From contig JAJYXH010000075.1 of the NCBI GenBank assembly GCA_021791075.1, positions 1-39,092 on the forward strand: a DNA stretch of 39,092 nucleotides, written 5' to 3'. Source of the stretch: Candidatus Micrarchaeota archaeon (GTDB lineage: Archaea; Micrarchaeota; Micrarchaeia; Micrarchaeales; CABMGC01). The notes beneath the pieces were generated by a model that searched no databases, was not told the DNA's origin, and saw nothing but the letters and a program-made list of their open reading frames with translations. Every line of letters starts with the position of its first letter. Position 1 is the first letter of the stretch. This document shows positions 15,415 to 23,932 of this stretch, piece after piece. Position numbers and translations under genes: made by a program.

Positions 15415-16821
15415 CTAGGCCGTGCCCGATAGGTAAGAGCCTGCATTGCCGATCACGTGTATCAGCGGCTGCGGGAATATTCCGAAGACAAATACGATCA
15501 ATATGCACAGCACCACCACGACCCAGATGCCCCTGCCAAGCCCTATCTTCTGCGCATCCTCCTTTGTTGCGTACGCCGCTAGTATCGGCCTGGCATAGTA
15601 GTATATCGATATTATGCTGTTTATTATGCCGATTATCGCGAGCCAGAGGAGCCCGGCGTTTATCGCGCTCACGAAGAGGAGGAACTTGCCGATGAAACCC
15701 GTGGTGAACGGAAGGCCTATCAGGGAGAGCATGAAGAGCGCCATCGCGAACGCGGCGAGCCTGTTCTCGTCCTTGAGGCCTATCAGGTCGTCTATCTCGG
15801 TCCTGTTCCTCGACTCGAGCCATGCGACTATTGCGAGAAGGCCTATGAAGAGGATCATGTGCGAGAAGATCTGGAAGAGAGCTGCCGTTATTCCCGCCGC
15901 GCTTGCAGTGGCGATGCCTATCATTATGTATCCCGCCTGCGAGATCGACGAGTATGCGAGCATCCTCTTCACGTTGCGCTGCATTATCGCGACCAGGTTC
16001 CCGTAGAACATTGTCAGGACCGAGAGTATGGCTATTATCATGAATGCGGAGCCGTACGATACGAAGAGGAGCATCATTATCTGGATCAGCGCAGCGAACC
16101 CGACCTTCTTGTTTATTCCTCCGAGCATCGCCGTTGCGTAGGCTGGAGATCCCTCATAGACGTCCGGGATCAGCACGTTGAACGGGAAGATCGAGGCCTC
16201 GAAGCCCAGTGCCGCGATGAAGAGCACAACGGCGAGAATCAGTATGTCTGTCTGCTGTCCCGCCTGATGCAGGCTTATGCTGTTCGTTCCGCCGTAGAAG
16301 ACGACGATCGCGAACGAGAGTATGGCTATGCCTATGGAACCCATTATGAAGAGCTTTGTTGCGGCCTCGAGGCTCTTTCTTGACAGGAGTATCATGAACA
16401 CGGTCGGTATGGTCAGCAGCTCAAGGCCGATGAATACCGTTACCAGCGAGAGCGAGGACGCGACCAGGTAGATTCCCATCAGCGAGAAGGATGCCATTAT
16501 GGAGAAGTCATCAAACCGCGGTGCGTAAGAGTACGCTATCTGGGTGACGAGAAGCAGCCCGAAGGTCATTATTGCCATGAAGAAGAGCGAGAACGGATTT
16601 ATCGAGATCACTCCAAAGGCTGTCGCCGTGGAGTTGCTGTAGAGCATCCAGCCCAGAAGCGCAACGAGAAGTATCATGACCACGGTGTTGTATGCAAAAT
16701 TGAGTTTCTCCCTGTTTGTCATCCGTATTATTATGTTTCCGAGGACCAGCAGCGCCGCTAGTCCGAACAGGATGTGGGGCAGTGTTGCAAGCCCGATTAT
16801 CTGCGATATGCCGAATGCCAT
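15415..16821 (-). CDS. nuoN: NADH-quinone oxidoreductase subunit N (ND2-like antiporter subunit)
   Basis: ~468 aa and polytopic. The motif FPFNVLIPDVYEGSPAYATAML matches the NuoN-type PDVYEG signature rather than NuoM (AHVEAP). ATG at 16821 overlaps the nuoL TGA (TGATG); the track start at 16824 is TTG. Confidence 0.82.
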   Translation of the reverse strand: MAFGISQIIGLATLPHILFGLAALLVLGNIIIRMTNREKLNFAYNTVVMILLVALLGWMLYSNSTATAFGVISINPFSLFFMAIMTFGLLLVTQIAYSYAPRFDDFSIMASFSLMGIYLVASSLSLVTVFIGLELLTIPTVFMILLSRKSLEAATKLFIMGSIGIAILSFAIVVFYGGTNSISLHQAGQQTDILILAVVLFIAALGFEASIFPFNVLIPDVYEGSPAYATAMLGGINKKVGFAALIQIMMLLFVSYGSAFMIIAILSVLTMFYGNLVAIMQRNVKRMLAYSSISQAGYIMIGIATASAAGITAALFQIFSHMILFIGLLAIVAWLESRNRTEIDDLIGLKDENRLAAFAMALFMLSLIGLPFTTGFIGKFLLFVSAINAGLLWLAIIGIINSIISIYYYARPILAAYATKEDAQKIGLGRGIWVVVVLCILIVFVFGIFPQPLIHVIGNAGSYLSGTA

Positions 16822-18608
16822 CAAGCCACCATGTATACGTATGCGAGCAGGAAGATCAGGCCTATGATAAAGATGAATGCATACGGATTGATCGCCCCTA
16901 CAGAGATCCTCCTGAAACGCGACGCTATGACTATTACCGTGTGACCAAGGTAATCCAGGGCCGTGTTGAGCGAGTCGTCCAAGAATCCTATCCCGTCACC
17001 GATATAGTATACGAACTTGGCCAGAAGGTTGTAGACCGCCATGAAGACCATGTGGCTATAGACCAGGGGCTTGAGCGGCCCCATCCCGACCCGCGAGAGC
17101 CTCTTCGGGTATCTCGACGCGTAGACGAGATAAGATATCACCGCCCCAGCAATTATGAGAACCGTGAAGATTATGGCATCGTATAGTCCTATTCCCAGCG
17201 GCAAGCTGTTCGAGAGGTAGGGTGCAGACGCAGCGCCTTGGGAGAGAAACCTCTCTATGCCAAGGAAGATGACCGATGCCGCAACGGTGCCCAGCGCCAG
17301 CAGCGCTGCAGGATAGACGATGCGCCTCGACTCTCCGGAATACCTGATCTCAACCCCCACTCCTGCAGGCCGCTTAGATACGTTGAAGAACCACCTGAAT
17401 ATGTAGAAGCTCGTTCCGAAGCCCACGAGCGAGATTATTACGTACACGAGCATATTGCCAAAGATCGTGGTATCAAGGCTCGCCGCTGCAAAGAAGCCAG
17501 AGAGCGGGAAGAAGCCAGCCAACGAGAGGACGCCTATCAACGTCGATGCAAAGAGGAGCCTGTTCGATCTGAGCCCGGACACGTTCCCGAGATGCTCCTC
17601 ACTGGTCGATCTCATTATCGAGCCGGAGCTTAAGAAGAGAAGCGCCTTGTAGAAGCTCTGTATGACGAAGAAGTATATCGCGGCGAATATCGCACCCACG
17701 CTTACGGCGATCAGCATCAGCGCAAGCTCCTGGACCGTGGAATATGCAAGCACCTTCTTTATCTGCGTCTCCTTCATCGCATTCAGGGTGGAGATGACAG
17801 CGGTGATTATCCCCACCACGAGTATAACCGGAAGCACATTGGCGCCATATAGGAGCGGAAAGAGTATTATCGCGGCAAAGACCCCTGCCTTGACCATTGT
17901 GCTCGAATGCAGGAACGCGGATACCGGGGTGGGCCCCTCCATTGCCTCTGGAAGCCACTCCTGGAACGGGAACTGCGCCGACTTCGTGAATATCGCAAGC
18001 AGCAGGAGCAGAACCCCCGCATAGAGCCTTATCGGTATCACGGCTGGGACGGATGCAAGTATCGTGGAGAACTCAAGGCTTCCGAAGTAGCTCCAGAAGA
18101 TCACGATCGCCGCTATCAGCGCTATGTCGCCTATGAAGACGGTCGTTACGGCAAGCCTTGCGGCCCTGTTGGCCCTGTCCCTGACGTGCCAGAACCCTAT
18201 GAGAAGGTAGCTTAAGAGGCTGAGGAACTCCCATGCTATGAAGAGGAGTATGAAGTTTCCGCTCATCGCGAAGATGACCATCGAGATCTCGAATGCGAGC
18301 ATCTCGGCGTAGTACCTCCTCTGCTCGCTCAGCAGCTCCATGAACGCCGATGAGTATACCATTATCAGCGAGCCTATGAAGAGAACGACGAAGAGAAGCG
18401 CGAGATTGAACTGCTCTATGGTCATCGTTATGTTGAAGGTGAAGTTGCCTATGATGAACCACGGGAGCGTAGTCGTGCCGTACGAAATGAAGTAGAGCAA
18501 CAGAAGGCCGGACATGCTCCCCACTACCGCGACGTACTTGGACCATCTCCTGTTTCCGGACAGCAGCACAACCGCTAGTGCAGCAAGCATCGGCACTACC
18601 AGCAACAA
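16821..18608 (-). CDS. nuoL: NADH-quinone oxidoreductase subunit L (ND5-like)
   Basis: 595 aa with the motif FPFQEWLPEAMEGPTPVSAFLHSSTMVKAG and a long C-terminal extension. The start at 18608 is TTG; an alternative ATG is at 18590. Confidence 0.9.
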   Translation of the reverse strand: MLLVVPMLAALAVVLLSGNRRWSKYVAVVGSMSGLLLLYFISYGTTTLPWFIIGNFTFNITMTIEQFNLALLFVVLFIGSLIMVYSSAFMELLSEQRRYYAEMLAFEISMVIFAMSGNFILLFIAWEFLSLLSYLLIGFWHVRDRANRAARLAVTTVFIGDIALIAAIVIFWSYFGSLEFSTILASVPAVIPIRLYAGVLLLLLAIFTKSAQFPFQEWLPEAMEGPTPVSAFLHSSTMVKAGVFAAIILFPLLYGANVLPVILVVGIITAVISTLNAMKETQIKKVLAYSTVQELALMLIAVSVGAIFAAIYFFVIQSFYKALLFLSSGSIMRSTSEEHLGNVSGLRSNRLLFASTLIGVLSLAGFFPLSGFFAAASLDTTIFGNMLVYVIISLVGFGTSFYIFRWFFNVSKRPAGVGVEIRYSGESRRIVYPAALLALGTVAASVIFLGIERFLSQGAASAPYLSNSLPLGIGLYDAIIFTVLIIAGAVISYLVYASRYPKRLSRVGMGPLKPLVYSHMVFMAVYNLLAKFVYYIGDGIGFLDDSLNTALDYLGHTVIVIASRFRRISVGAINPYAFIFIIGLIFLLAYVYMVA

Positions 18609-18618
18609 CGGGAAGATC

Positions 18619-18927
18619 CTACCACCTCATCTTCGACAGCTTCGAGACGTCGAAGTCTATTCTCCTGAACTTCATGTACACGTAGAACGTTATCAGCGTG
18701 ATTATCTCTACCGCTGCCACGGCCCATATGCTTATCAGCAGCACCATCGCTCCGGGATTGACGGCGTTGTTGGACTCGAAGAACGCGACAAGGGCTATGG
18801 TGCTCGCTAGGAGTATGAGCTCTATGCCGAGCATTATCACTATGAAGTGCCTGTCGGTGGCGAGCCCGGCCATCGCCACCCCTATCAGGGCGACGGCGAG
18901 CGCGAATACGTATGCGAGCACTATCAT
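18619..18927 (-). CDS. nuoK: NADH-quinone oxidoreductase subunit K (ND4L-like)
   Basis: 102 aa with three TM helices and a conserved mid-membrane Glu (GIELIL...). ATG overlaps the nuoJ stop (TGATG). Confidence 0.85.
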   Translation of the reverse strand: MIVLAYVFALAVALIGVAMAGLATDRHFIVIMLGIELILLASTIALVAFFESNNAVNPGAMVLLISIWAVAAVEIITLITFYVYMKFRRIDFDVSKLSKMRW

Positions 18928-19409
18928 CAGGTCACCACCTTCGTAAACTTCTTGAGGAAGAGCACGCTTCCTACCGCAGCGGCGAAGAGGAGAACCACCA
19001 CGGCGAAGAGTATGAAGTAATAGCCCTGCAATGCCGGCCCGAAGGCCGAGACCATGCCATAGCCGTTAGGGCTTTCCTGCCCGACCACCCTATAGGTGAA
19101 CGCGTAGAGGCAGAAGACCAAGACTATGGCCACCACGAAGAAGGTCCTGTAGCTTACGTACCTCCTCTGCTTCTCCTCGTATGCGATCGCGACCATCAGG
19201 TAGGTCGAGAGCCCCCCGACAAATATGAGCAGCTGAAGCATGGCGACAAAGACCTGCCCGAGCAGCAGGAAGACCAGGGCGCTTCCGATGAATGCGGTTG
19301 TCAGCGCAAGTATCGCGTGCACCAGCCTTCTTGAGAAGAAGATGAACAGCGAGGATACTATCATGAGGACTGAAACAGCCGCGAATGCGATATCGTATAC
19401 CCCAAGCAT
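18927..19409 (-). CDS. nuoJ: NADH-quinone oxidoreductase subunit J (ND6-like)
   Basis: 160 aa, a polytopic membrane protein located between nuoI and nuoK. Confidence 0.78.
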   Translation of the reverse strand: MLGVYDIAFAAVSVLMIVSSLFIFFSRRLVHAILALTTAFIGSALVFLLLGQVFVAMLQLLIFVGGLSTYLMVAIAYEEKQRRYVSYRTFFVVAIVLVFCLYAFTYRVVGQESPNGYGMVSAFGPALQGYYFILFAVVVLLFAAAVGSVLFLKKFTKVVT

Positions 19410-19415
19410 GAAAAC

Positions 19416-19775
19416 CTACTCCAGCTCCTCCGGCCTCTTCAGGAGCTCCCTCTTGTCGTAAGCCTCGTAAGAGTAGTCCTTCGAGAGCGTCAGGCATTTA
19501 GGAGGGCAGACCTCCTCGCAGAGCGCGCAGAAGAGGCACCTCTCGTGGCCGACCTGCGGCATGACCTTCCTTCCCTTGTCGGTGAGAACGTCAACCATCG
19601 TTATGGTCTTGTTCGGGCAGATGATCTCGCAGGCCCTGCAGCTTATGCAGGTGCTCATGTCAAGCCTCAGGCTTCCCCTGTAGCTGTCGGGCAGAGACTC
19701 CCTCTTCTCGGGAAACTCCACGGTGGACCGCTTCTCCCCGAGGGCCTTCATCGCGCGCAATATCGGTCGTATCAT
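19416..19775 (-). CDS. nuoI: NADH-quinone oxidoreductase subunit I (2x[4Fe-4S] ferredoxin, TYKY-like)
   Basis: 119 aa with two CxxCxxCxxxCP motifs: CISCRACEIICP and CLFCALCEEVCP. Confidence 0.9.
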   Translation of the reverse strand: MIRPILRAMKALGEKRSTVEFPEKRESLPDSYRGSLRLDMSTCISCRACEIICPNKTITMVDVLTDKGRKVMPQVGHERCLFCALCEEVCPPKCLTLSKDYSYEAYDKRELLKRPEELE

Positions 19776-19779
19776 GCCA

Positions 19780-20814
19780 TCAGATCGCGAACAGTATATA
19801 CACCAATATAAGGTTTAATAAGGAAAGGGGAAGGAGCCACGTCCATCCGAACCTGAGTATCCTGTCTATTCTCATCCTCACGGTTGCTGCCCTTATTATT
19901 ATGACAAATAAGGCTATGATGAAGGCCTTCAGAATGAGCCACACCACTCCGGGGAGTACGGGCCCGAGCCATCCGCCTAAGAACAGCATCGCGATGAGCA
20001 GGCTTCCAAGAAATACCTTCGTGTAGTCGATGAAGAGCGCTATCGCGTAGTAGGGGCCGCTGAAGTCAGTGAGCCATCCCGCTATCAGCTCCGAGTCGGC
20101 CTCCCTGAGGTCGAACGGCGGCCTCTCCATCTCCGCGAGCATTGCCACGAAGAAGACGAAGAGCCCGATCGGCATTGCGATCGCGAAGTAAGTGAATCCG
20201 GCCTGCGCGGATATTATCGAGGCAAGGTTGAAGCTCCCCGCGGCGAGGGCGATGGCGGCAACGACTATCACCATCGGAAGTTCGTAACTGACCAGCATGA
20301 GCACTGATCTCTGCGCGCTTATGTCCGCGAACTTGTTTCCCGTCGCGAATCCGGCTATGAATACGGCTAGAGGAAGGAAGGCTATTATGACGAAGATTAT
20401 CAGGAGGCCAAGACCCAGATTGGTTGCCTGGAGGCTCTGCGAGAGCGGAAGCAGCAGTATCAGGAATGTCGGTATCGCCAATAGCAGGATCGGGGCAAGC
20501 TTGACGAGCAACCTGTCAGAGTTAGCCGGCGTTATGTTCTCCTTGGCGAGCAGCTTTATTATGTCGGCGAGGTTCTGCAGTATGCCGTACTTTCCTACGT
20601 ATGTAGGGCCGTGCCTATGGTGGATCTTGGCTATGACCTTCCTCTCCACCCATCCGAATATGTAGGCGAAGATGGAGATCATTATCATTACGGCTATCGC
20701 ATAGATGATTATGGCCGCGGAGTAGAGGAGTACGCTTCCGGAGCCTGTCCACGCCTGCCACCACGAGGCGATCGGGGAGAGCACCGAGTAAATTATGAGG
20801 CTATCTATCAACAC
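19780..20814 (-). CDS. nuoH: NADH-quinone oxidoreductase subunit H (ND1-like)
   Basis: 344 aa and polytopic. ND1 motifs: ERKVIAKIHHRHGP and ERPPFDLREADSELIAG. GTG start, overlapping the nuoD end by 14 nt. Confidence 0.9.
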   Translation of the reverse strand: MLIDSLIIYSVLSPIASWWQAWTGSGSVLLYSAAIIIYAIAVMIMISIFAYIFGWVERKVIAKIHHRHGPTYVGKYGILQNLADIIKLLAKENITPANSDRLLVKLAPILLLAIPTFLILLLPLSQSLQATNLGLGLLIIFVIIAFLPLAVFIAGFATGNKFADISAQRSVLMLVSYELPMVIVVAAIALAAGSFNLASIISAQAGFTYFAIAMPIGLFVFFVAMLAEMERPPFDLREADSELIAGWLTDFSGPYYAIALFIDYTKVFLGSLLIAMLFLGGWLGPVLPGVVWLILKAFIIALFVIIIRAATVRMRIDRILRFGWTWLLPLSLLNLILVYILFAI

Positions 20815-21892
20815 AGGCCATCACCAAGTCAAGAGTTCCCATTATCGCGAAGAGGTCCCCGAGCCGGTGTCCCTTCGCCATGTGGGGCAGTGCAGAGAGG
20901 TTTACGAAGTTGGGGGAGCGTATGGAGAGTCTGTATGGCTTTTGCGGATCGGCGACCATGTACATCATGGCCTCGCCTCGCGGGCACTCCCTGCTGACCG
21001 TCACGGTTCTGTTCTTTGCCGCCGGCCCGATGAGCTTCACCGGCATTCCCTTCGCGTCCCCTTCCGGGATCTGCCTGAGCGCCTCGCGGATGAGCCGCGC
21101 GCTCTCCCTGATCTCCATAATCCTCACCCTGTATCTCGCGAGGTTGTCTCCCCTGTTGTCCGTCTGCACCTCGAAGTGCAGTTTGTCGTAGACATAATAG
21201 GGCTTGGCCTTCCTCACGTCATAAGGCACCCCCGAGGCCCGCAGTACCGGTCCGGTTACGCCGAGGTCCTTAGCCTCCTGCGATGTAAGGACACCAACGC
21301 CCTTCATCCTCTCCATGAAGACCGGGTTCTTCTCCATGAAGTTCTCGTAGGCACCCAGCCTCTTCTCCATATAGTCGAGGAACTCGTTGCAGTTGTCCGC
21401 GAAGTCGGGGGGCAGGTCGAGCGTGACACCGCCGAGCCTCATGCTCACATAGAACATCCTCTGCCCCGTAGTCTGCGCCAGAAGGTCGAGCACTCTGTCC
21501 CTGTCCTCGAAACACCACATGAACATCGTGAACATCAGGCCCATGTCGTTGCACAGGGCACCGGTAAAGAAGAGATGGCTTGCTATCCTCTGCAGTTCGA
21601 GCTGTATCAGCCTGACGTACATGGCACGCTCCTTGACCTCTATGCCAAGCGCGGCCTCCACAGTTGCAACGTACGCATCGTCCATCGCCAGCGGAGCAAC
21701 GTAATCGAGCTTCTCCATGTACGGAGGGCTCTGCATGTACATCCTCGTCTCCACGAGCTTCTCCACCCCCCTGTGGAGGAAGCCTATGTGCGGCTCCAGG
21801 TTCGTTATCGTGTCACCCTCGACGTCGGCTACGAGCCTCAGCACTCCGTGCGTGCTCGGGTGCACAGGGCCTATATTGATCCTTGTAGGCAT
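20801..21892 (-). CDS. nuoD: NADH-quinone oxidoreductase subunit D (49-kDa)
   Basis: 363 aa: INIGPVHPSTHGVLRL..., HIGFLHRGVEK, and C-terminal DLVMACVDR. Confidence 0.92.
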   Translation of the reverse strand: MPTRINIGPVHPSTHGVLRLVADVEGDTITNLEPHIGFLHRGVEKLVETRMYMQSPPYMEKLDYVAPLAMDDAYVATVEAALGIEVKERAMYVRLIQLELQRIASHLFFTGALCNDMGLMFTMFMWCFEDRDRVLDLLAQTTGQRMFYVSMRLGGVTLDLPPDFADNCNEFLDYMEKRLGAYENFMEKNPVFMERMKGVGVLTSQEAKDLGVTGPVLRASGVPYDVRKAKPYYVYDKLHFEVQTDNRGDNLARYRVRIMEIRESARLIREALRQIPEGDAKGMPVKLIGPAAKNRTVTVSRECPRGEAMMYMVADPQKPYRLSIRSPNFVNLSALPHMAKGHRLGDLFAIMGTLDLVMACVDR

Positions 21893-21895
21893 CTA

Positions 21896-22282
21896 TCATT
21901 CACCATCCGCAGTCTTGTAGTCGCTGTTCCACTTGAAGCTCTTCCGAAATGGAGGCTCTGTCCCGTCCCACTTCTCCAGGAGAAGCCGCTTAGCTATCCT
22001 GCCGCGTATCTGTATCCCGAACATCTCCGAGAGCTCGCGCTCGTACCAGTCAGCGGCGGGGAACGTGTCTATCACGGTCGGAAGCCACGCGTCCCTAGGA
22101 TCGAGCTCAATCTCGAGCGTCTCGTCCTTTCCGGACTTCATCTCCCTGAGGAAGTATATCGCGGTCATGCTCCTCTCGTAGTCTACGGCCGTTATCTTAA
22201 CGAGATAGTCGTATCCGGCTCCCTTCATGCTCCGGACAATGTGCATCAGTTCGTTCCTATCGATCTTCAATCTCTCCACCAA
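21896..22282 (-). CDS. nuoC: NADH-quinone oxidoreductase subunit C (30-kDa), short form
   Basis: 128 aa: ...ITAVDY..., ANWYERE-like [14 protein letters not shown]. The start is ambiguous: TTG at 22282, GTG at 22279, or ATG at 22246. Confidence 0.8.
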   Translation of the reverse strand: MVERLKIDRNELMHIVRSMKGAGYDYLVKITAVDYERSMTAIYFLREMKSGKDETLEIELDPRDAWLPTVIDTFPAADWYERELSEMFGIQIRGRIAKRLLLEKWDGTEPPFRKSFKWNSDYKTADGE

Positions 22283-22838
22283 GCTTATTCTGTAGTTTTA
22301 TCAGTGCAGCAAAGAGGTTCTCCGGCCTGGGCGGGCATCCGGCGACGTAGACGTCCACGGGAAGGACCTGGTCTATTCCCCTGACTATGTTGTAGCTCTC
22401 CCACCACGGCCCTCCGCACGTGGCGCACTCCCCGAACGCTATGACGTACCTGGGCTCCGCCATCTGCTCGTAGAGCCTCTTGATCTCGGGCACCATCGAC
22501 TTCGTGACCCATCCGGCAACCAGCATGACGTCGCACTGCCTCGGGGTGGCCCTGAAGAGCAGGTATCCCTTCCTCTCCGCGTCTACCCTTGCGGCTCCGA
22601 AGTCCATCAGCTCTATCGCGCAGCAAGCGAGCCCGAACTGCAGCGGCCAGAGCGAGTTCTTCCTCGACCACCTCACCGCGTCCTTCGTCGGGGGCATCGA
22701 CTTGATCAGGTCCGCGAACTTCGCAAAGACCACGTTGGGCTTCGCCTGCTTCTCGGAGACCGAGCCCGCAACGAGCAGGTCCATCTCCCTCCTGGCGTTC
22801 AGGAATTCTGGGCTATCGTGGTCTATCTCATCGCTCAT
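22257..22838 (-). CDS. nuoB: NADH-quinone oxidoreductase subunit B (PSST, N2 cluster)
   Basis: Motifs [10 protein letters not shown], ...[10 protein letters not shown], and GCPPRPE. I prefer ATG at 22838 (MSDEIDHD); the track start at 22865 is TTG. Confidence 0.9.
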   Translation of the reverse strand: MSDEIDHDSPEFLNARREMDLLVAGSVSEKQAKPNVVFAKFADLIKSMPPTKDAVRWSRKNSLWPLQFGLACCAIELMDFGAARVDAERKGYLLFRATPRQCDVMLVAGWVTKSMVPEIKRLYEQMAEPRYVIAFGECATCGGPWWESYNIVRGIDQVLPVDVYVAGCPPRPENLFAALIKLQNKLGGEIEDR

Positions 22839-22842
22839 CAAA

Positions 22843-23208
22843 TCATTCCCTTGCTGACTTCGCAAGCGCTATCACAAAGACCTCGAAGACGAAGCCGAAG
22901 ATGAAGAGGCCAAGTATCGCATAGTTCACCAGCGGCGCGGATGCCCTGGCCACCGTGACCCAGATAAGCATTATCGCGGTTATTATCTCAAAGGCAAGGA
23001 ACATCGGGAAGTAGTAGAGGTACTCGCCCATCACCGTCGTTCTCGATCCCCTGCTCTCCTCGGCGCTCTCATAATTGCTCTTCTTCACCCTGCTCGGCAT
23101 GTTCCCTCTCCGTATCATGATCGAAGTGAGCAGCATCAAAAGGGGCTCAAGGAGCGCCATGACGGCGAAGATGATTATGGCAATGTAAGCCGAGACCATG
23201 CTTGACAT
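22843..23208 (-). CDS. nuoA: NADH-quinone oxidoreductase subunit A (ND3-like)
   Basis: 121 aa with three TM helices and the loop YESAEE. It is the first gene of the operon and has an ATG start. Confidence 0.8.
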   Translation of the reverse strand: MSSMVSAYIAIIIFAVMALLEPLLMLLTSIMIRRGNMPSRVKKSNYESAEESRGSRTTVMGEYLYYFPMFLAFEIITAIMLIWVTVARASAPLVNYAILGLFIFGFVFEVFVIALAKSARE

Positions 23209-23215
23209 ATCGATG

Positions 23216-23230
23216 GTTAATTTAATTAAC
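23216..23230. promoter_or_regulatory. Perfect A+T-rich palindrome GTTAATT-T-AATTAAC between nuoA and tRNA-Lys (candidate shared TATA/operator)
   Basis: Two 7-nt arms around one central base. It lies 8 nt upstream of the nuoA ATG on one side and ~31 nt upstream of the mature tRNA-Lys 5' end on the other. Confidence 0.3.
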
Positions 23231-23260
23231 TTATCACGTCATCTTACTACTCGGAGTCTC

Positions 23261-23335
23261 GGGCCCGTAACTCAGTATGGCTAGAGTGGCGGACTTTTAA
23301 TCCGTACGTCGTGGGTTCAAATCCCACCGGGCCCG
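23261..23335 (+). tRNA. tRNA-Lys (anticodon UUU)
   Basis: 75-nt cloverleaf folded by hand. Acceptor GGGCCCG/CGGGCCC, D stem ACTC/GAGT, anticodon stem GCGGA/TCCGT with loop CTTTTAA, T arm GTGGG-TTCAAAT-CCCAC. Confidence 0.92.
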
Positions 23336-23343
23336 CACAGGTT

Positions 23344-23853
23344 CTACTCGAATCCGTCAGTTTCAACTCCGGAGATCTGGGAGATCGGGGGAGGACGGAA
23401 TGCAGCCCGCCGCGATGATGTCGGGGACAGATAACCTCTCGCCCCTATTGCCAGGAGGATCAATCCGATAAACCACACGCCGGTCATCAAGATGATCAGC
23501 CCGAAGACCATAATGACGAGTGCGCCGGTCTTCTGCCTCTTGGCACCGCCGCCGTTGTTCAAATTCTGGAATCCGTTCTGCATGGTGCCCGCACTTCCCT
23601 GCCAGGCCCCGCCCTGGTAAGGGCTCGCGATGCCCTGGCGCTGCAGTCCCGAAGAAGCCATCCGACCAGTCCGGATCTGCGGGAAGTAGCTGGACGGCGC
23701 GTTCAGGAGCGCGATCCCCACTAACATGAGCAGCGCCGCGATGATCAGGAAGAGGATGCCTACGGCAAGCGCACCCTCCGCGATGCCTACAAGCCCTGTA
23801 GCGGCTAGGAAGAGCGCGAATATAACGAGGATCATTCCTAAAAGGGAGACCAT
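23344..23853 (-). CDS. Hypothetical membrane protein (two TM pairs separated by a Gly/Gln/Asn-rich loop)
   Basis: 169 aa with an ATG start. Hydrophobic N-terminal and central segments. The loop is ...GIASPYQGGAWQGSAGTMQNGFQNLNNGGG. Confidence 0.55.
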   Translation of the reverse strand: MVSLLGMILVIFALFLAATGLVGIAEGALAVGILFLIIAALLMLVGIALLNAPSSYFPQIRTGRMASSGLQRQGIASPYQGGAWQGSAGTMQNGFQNLNNGGGAKRQKTGALVIMVFGLIILMTGVWFIGLILLAIGARGYLSPTSSRRAAFRPPPISQISGVETDGFE

Positions 23854-23880
23854 GGCATCAGGGATACTTGGCCAATAATG

Positions 23881-23908
23881 CTTATTAATGTTGCCTTATT
23901 AATGTTGC
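23881..23908. repeat. Perfect tandem duplication of the 14-mer CTTATTAATGTTGC in a divergent promoter region
   Basis: 23881-23894 equals 23895-23908. A degenerate third copy (ccaataatg) lies just upstream. Each unit contains a TATA-like TTATTAAT. Confidence 0.6.
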
Positions 23909-23932
23909 TATCGATAATTATATGGTGTCAAT

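Noticed and set aside
15030-15695. 221-aa and 70-aa plus-strand ORFs covering the nuoN-DUF59 gap
   Set aside because: They overlap real genes at both ends. In the gap they read Ala/Gln/Leu repeats, which are the complement of the TGC-rich Cys peptide ORF. That ORF has a start, a stop and a correctly spaced TATA box.
20795-22384. 529-aa plus-strand ORF antisense to nuoD/nuoC/nuoB. Similar long antisense ORFs lie at 5159-6085, 15614-16383, 16716-18215, 30384-31256 and 36014-36766
   Set aside because: The opposite strand encodes proteins with unmistakable family motifs. The antisense products are Arg/His/Pro-rich with no recognisable domains. Long antisense ORFs are expected in G+C-rich third-position coding DNA.
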